The notes under the pieces: model-generated
Database searches by the model: none
What the model was told of the DNA's origin: nothing
The model's input: only the letters and a program-made list of their open reading frames with translations
Assembly: GCA_000004985.1 (NCBI GenBank)
Contig: GG739412.1
Source of the DNA: Naegleria gruberi
Taxonomy: Eukaryota
Direction: 5' to 3' (one strand)
Length of the DNA stretch: 1,475 nt
Part shown: one piece after another, positions 1 through 1,475 of the stretch
How positions within the stretch are numbered: the first letter of the stretch is position 1
Layout: every line of letters begins with the position of its first letter
Program-made: the position numbers and the translations under genes

Positions 1-26
1 CACTACCACACAGAGAATCAGACGAT

Positions 27-162
27 ATGAATCACGTTACTGCTCATTACAAGCCTTTGTTGGATCAAATTAATGAATTGGAAAATTCGAGAAGGCTTCA
101 GGAATGCAAGCTGGTGGAAGAGAGGACCAGACATGCTAAGACTCTTAAGGAATTGGAGGAAT
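27..162 (+). CDS. Exon 1 (ATG at 27; ends phase 1 at 162). Frame 3 stays open back to nt 3, so the true start could lie upstream of the window
   Basis: Frame-3 translation of 27-161 is MNHVTAHYKPLLDQINELENSRRLQECKLVEERTRHAKTLKELEE with no stops. ATG at 27 has a purine at -3. Frame 1 (ORF-track frame, MNWKIREGFRNASWW...) is W/R-rich and unlike the rest of the protein. GTAAGT donor sits at 163. Confidence 0.6.
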
Positions 163-1014
163 GTAAGTATAGATGATTGTCAACAGATTTCTCAAAGGCT
201 AACTTTTTCAGTCAACTTGAAGCATCAAAAGCTGCTCGCTAATGAAACATTATTGAAGGAAAAGATTACTCATTTGGAGGCTGATTTGATGCATGAAATC
301 AAGACTGGTGAACAACTCAAGCAATCTGCCAAATACTGCAAGCAAGAGGAGGAGGTTTTTCAAACTCATTTGGCAAGATTTGAGGTGGAAAGTAATCAAG
401 TAATGTAAGTAGAGAATACTAATTGTATATCCTAATTGTGATGAAAAGTTGTGATTTGAAAAAGGAACTTGAGGATGCAGAGAAGAATTTTGAGAAGGCT
501 TGTGAAATGTGGAACAACCGACAAAATGTTAGAGAAATGCAAATGTTAAAATCTCAAGTTGAAGAATATGAAGGAAGTAAGTAATCAATGTTCAATAGTG
601 ATAATTGTTTCAGGACTAAGGGCTGATGAGAGTGTGTATGAGGAAAAATTGAAGAGAATTAAAAGTTTGGAGGCTCAAATCAAGATGAAGAAGGAGCAAT
701 CGAATGAGATGGACTCTTTCATCAAGTCTTTAGATGAAAAAATTGCACAGATGCATAATGATATTGAGAAGGCGAAGGGAAATTGTTCAATGGTAAATGA
801 TGTTATTTCTACTGAACAGGCAGAGTTGGCCATTCAACACTTTATAACTGAGAGCACTCAACTTCAAAAGAACCTTGAAGATATCCAAAACTACAATCAA
901 ATTACAAGAGAGGATATCGAGCACCACGAAAGAATGCAAGAAACCATCCTTCAGCTCATAGAATCAAAAATTTGTGAAGCATGTTATCAACTTGAAAACT
1001 CAATGGTAGATTAA
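27..1014 (+). CDS. Spliced protein-coding gene (4 exons: 27-162, 212-404, 449-576, 614-1014; stop TAA 1012-1014) encoding a ~285-aa predicted coiled-coil protein; function unknown
   Basis: Three open reading segments lie in different frames: frame 3 at 3-162, frame 1 at 214-404, frame 3 at 450-575 and frame 1 at 616-1014. They are joined exactly by GTAAGT...YAG introns with exon lengths summing to 858 nt (286 codons incl. stop). Conceptual splice gives MNHVTAHYKPLLDQINELENSRRLQECKLVEERTRHAKTLKELEE-F-NLKHQKLLANETLLKEKITHLEADLMHEIKTGEQLKQSAKYCKQEEEVFQTHLARFEVESNQV-I-CDLKKELEDAEKNFEKACEMWNNRQNVREMQMLKSQVEEYEG-R-LRADESVYEEKLKRIKSLEAQIKMKKEQSNEMDSFIKSLDEKIAQMHNDIEKAKGNCSMVNDVISTEQAELAIQHFITESTQLQKNLEDIQNYNQITREDIEHHERMQETILQLIESKICEACYQLENSMVD*. 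Composition (E/K/L/Q-rich, heptad spacing of hydrophobics) is uniform across all exons. That uniformity argues the junctions are real and the supplied ORF track (73..408, 559..1014) is an intron/wrong-frame artefact. Confidence 0.8.
163..211 (+). other. Intron 1 (49 nt): GTAAGT donor, CTAAC branch motif at 199-203, TTTTTCAG acceptor
   Basis: gtaagt at 163-168; ggCTAACtttttCAG ends at 211. Removal joins t(162)+tc(212-213)=TTC (Phe) and moves the reading frame from 3 to 1, exactly where the downstream open frame resumes (214...). If retained, frame 3 hits TGA at 174-176. Confidence 0.8.
212..404 (+). CDS. Exon 2 (phase 1 in, phase 2 out)
   Basis: Frame-1 codons 214-402 read NLKHQKLLANETLLKEKITHLEADLMHEIKTGEQLKQSAKYCKQEEEVFQTHLARFEVESNQV. 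This matches the downstream part of track ORF 73..408. GTAAGT donor at 405. Confidence 0.8.
405..448 (+). other. Intron 2 (44 nt): GTAAGT donor, TACTAAT (417-423) / CTAAT (432-436) branch candidates, AAAAG acceptor ending 448
   Basis: The in-frame TAA at 406-408 that ends track ORF 1 lies inside this intron. Splicing joins at(403-404)+t(449)=ATT (Ile) and shifts to frame 3, which is then open for 42 codons (450-575) up to the next GTAAGT. The alternative acceptor at 463-464 leads to an early stop. Confidence 0.8.
449..576 (+). CDS. Exon 3 (phase 2 in, phase 1 out)
   Basis: Frame-3 codons 450-575 read CDLKKELEDAEKNFEKACEMWNNRQNVREMQMLKSQVEEYEG with no stops. This segment is invisible in the ORF track because it has no ATG and is bounded by intronic stops. 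Confidence 0.78.
577..613 (+). other. Intron 3 (37 nt): GTAAGT donor, no canonical CTAAY branch (best candidate tgATAAT 598-604), TTGTTTCAG acceptor
   Basis: gtaagt at 577-582; ttgtttCAG ends at 613. Joins a(576)+ga(614-615)=AGA (Arg) and returns to frame 1, which is open for 133 codons to TAA at 1012-1014. The TTG 'start' at 559 in the track ORF is a bacterial-table artefact. Confidence 0.72.
614..1014 (+). CDS. Exon 4 (terminal exon, stop TAA 1012-1014)
   Basis: Codons 616-1011 read LRADESVYEEKLKRIKSLEAQIKMKKEQSNEMDSFIKSLDEKIAQMHNDIEKAKGNCSMVNDVISTEQAELAIQHFITESTQLQKNLEDIQNYNQITREDIEHHERMQETILQLIESKICEACYQLENSMVD, identical to the C-terminal 132 aa of track ORF 559..1014. Confidence 0.85.
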
Positions 1015-1026
1015 TTTATTGAGCTT

Positions 1027-1032
1027 AATAAA
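1027..1032 (+). promoter_or_regulatory. Putative polyadenylation signal AATAAA in the 3' UTR
   Basis: aataaa at 1027-1032, 13 nt downstream of the TAA stop, followed by a U-rich stretch (tctttgtactatgtttg). Confidence 0.45.
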
Positions 1033-1041
1033 TCTTTGTAC

Positions 1042-1080
1042 TATGTTTGAGATGAATATCAAATTCATATATGTTTGAGA
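1042..1080 (+). repeat. 11-nt direct repeat TATGTTTGAGA (1042-1052 and 1070-1080) flanking a small AT-rich inverted repeat (ATGAAT 1052-1057 / ATTCAT 1063-1068)
   Basis: Exact 11/11 match with 28-nt spacing. The central 6-bp stem with 5-nt loop is read directly from the sequence. Lies in the presumed 3' UTR just after the poly(A) signal. Confidence 0.5.
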
Positions 1081-1269
1081 ACTTTTCAATTAATAACAGA
1101 GTGGGATAGCTCCAAATCTGACGGAAAGTGCAATGTCTTATTGAAGCCAGCCAAAGTGTGCAATTAAGCACAACTCTGAACCCAACAAAAAATTGAGATA
1201 ATAGTATTGCACCCCGTAGGATGCTTTCAGCTATTACACTGAAAAGAACAGATACTACACTCGATCAAA

Positions 1270-1279
1270 GCCAATTGGC
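1270..1279. promoter_or_regulatory. Perfect 10-bp palindrome GCCAATTGGC containing a CCAAT box on both strands
   Basis: gccaattggc at 1270-1279 is its own reverse complement. CCAAT pentamer at 1271-1275 (+) and 1278-1274 (-). Sits 38 nt upstream of the TATA-like element at 1317. Confidence 0.35.
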
Positions 1280-1316
1280 GAGAAAGATACTATGAAGAAT
1301 TGAAAAAAGCACAGAG

Positions 1317-1324
1317 TATAAATA
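1317..1324. promoter_or_regulatory. TATA-like box TATAAATA (reads TATTTATA on the opposite strand)
   Basis: tataaata at 1317-1324 in an ORF-free intergenic stretch. Orientation and target transcript undetermined. Confidence 0.3.
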
Positions 1325-1428
1325 GTACTGTTGTTATAAAGATAGGAATGTAGGTTCTTGTGGTATTGTTTTATTTTGATGAGTTTACCAATTGCTTGAA
1401 CATGCAGCAAGAGGACAAAAATTCTGTT

Positions 1429-1443
1429 AAAAAAGCTAAAAAA
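1429..1443 (-). terminator. RNA polymerase III terminator: two T6 runs in the tRNA 3' trailer
   Basis: Minus strand after the discriminator reads TCTAATTTTTTAGCTTTTTTAAC. T6 runs fall at + coordinates 1438-1443 and 1429-1434, 5 and 14 nt past the tRNA 3' end. Confidence 0.55.
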
Positions 1444-1448
1444 TTAGA

Positions 1449-1475
1449 TACCGACAATGGGGCTCGAACCCACGA
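1449..1475 (-). tRNA. Partial tRNA gene (3' portion only: T-arm, acceptor 3' strand, discriminator), truncated by the window edge; isotype not determinable
   Basis: Minus strand reads 5'-tcGTGGG-TTCGAGC-CCCAT-TGTCGGT-A-3'. That is a T-stem GTGGG/CCCAT (one G.U pair), a 7-nt T-loop TTCGAGC (T54 T55 C56 R57 A58), a 7-nt acceptor 3' strand and discriminator A at 1449, with the canonical G53-C61 pair. It is followed immediately by T-runs. D-arm and anticodon lie beyond nt 1475. Confidence 0.6.

Noticed and set aside
360-365. UCAAAC hexamer (Mmi1 DSR-type meiotic mRNA elimination motif)
   Set aside because: Only a single copy in the transcript. DSR function needs clustered U(U/C)AAAC repeats. The GTTTGA in the 3' UTR repeats is the reverse complement, not the RNA-sense motif.
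73-408. Track ORF 73..408 (111 aa, MNWKIREGFRNASWW...) as a stand-alone CDS
   Set aside because: It is chimeric: wrong frame over exon 1 (73-162), reads through intron 1 (163-211), then the true exon 2, and terminates at a TAA inside intron 2. The spliced model explains it better.
438-444. Box C-like GTGATGA inside intron 2 (possible intronic C/D snoRNA)
   Set aside because: The intron is only 44 nt with no box D/terminal stem. That is far too short to host a snoRNA.
559-1014. Track ORF 559..1014 starting at TTG-559 (MKNMKEVSNQCSIVIIVSG...)
   Set aside because: TTG start is a bacterial-table artefact. The first ~19 residues are exon 3 in the wrong frame plus intron 3. Only 616-1014 is real coding sequence (exon 4).
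1377-1382. TGATGA (box C-like) at 1377-1382 as the 5' end of a C/D snoRNA
   Set aside because: No CUGA box D or terminal stem within the following ~70 nt before the tRNA. Nearest CTGA motifs are upstream (1117, 1177, 1238), in the wrong order.
1402-1475. Plus-strand ORF from ATG-1402 running off the window (MQQEDKNSVKKAKKLDTDNGARTH...), downstream of the CCAAT/TATA elements
   Set aside because: Only 24 codons are visible, and it would lie antisense across a well-formed tRNA T-arm/acceptor and Pol III terminator. More likely a chance open frame, but it cannot be fully excluded without sequence beyond 1475.
1-1475. Prokaryotic features (CRISPR repeats, defence-system operon, IS elements, RBS-led ORFs)
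   Set aside because: No repeat-spacer periodicity, no compact co-directional ORFs and no terminal inverted repeats. Coding capacity is only interpretable with spliceosomal introns, so the window is eukaryotic nuclear DNA.

Overview
This window looks eukaryotic, not prokaryotic. It is AT-rich, and the two ORFs in the supplied six-frame track are fragments of one spliced gene. I infer a four-exon, three-intron plus-strand gene (27..1014) encoding a ~285-aa protein that reads as an almost continuous alpha-helical coiled coil. All three introns are tiny (49, 44 and 37 nt), each starts with an identical GTAAGT donor, two carry CTAAC/CTAAT branch motifs, and each ends in a pyrimidine-rich tract plus AG. 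This is the intron architecture typical of fission-yeast-like (Schizosaccharomyces/Taphrinomycotina) fungi. A plausible AATAAA poly(A) signal lies 13 nt past the stop codon. The 3' intergenic region (1015..1448) holds short direct repeats, a perfect 10-bp CCAAT-containing palindrome and a TATA-like box. At the extreme right edge, on the minus strand, is the 3' third of a tRNA gene (T-arm GGTTCGAGCCC, acceptor 3' strand, discriminator) followed by two T6 Pol III terminator runs. That tRNA is convergent with the protein gene and truncated by the window boundary. I see no CRISPR array, mobile element, rRNA, or prokaryotic operon or defence-system structure. The novelty here is an apparently uncharacterised coiled-coil protein and the non-coding signals around it. 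All coordinates were hand-indexed from the sequence; no database searches were possible.
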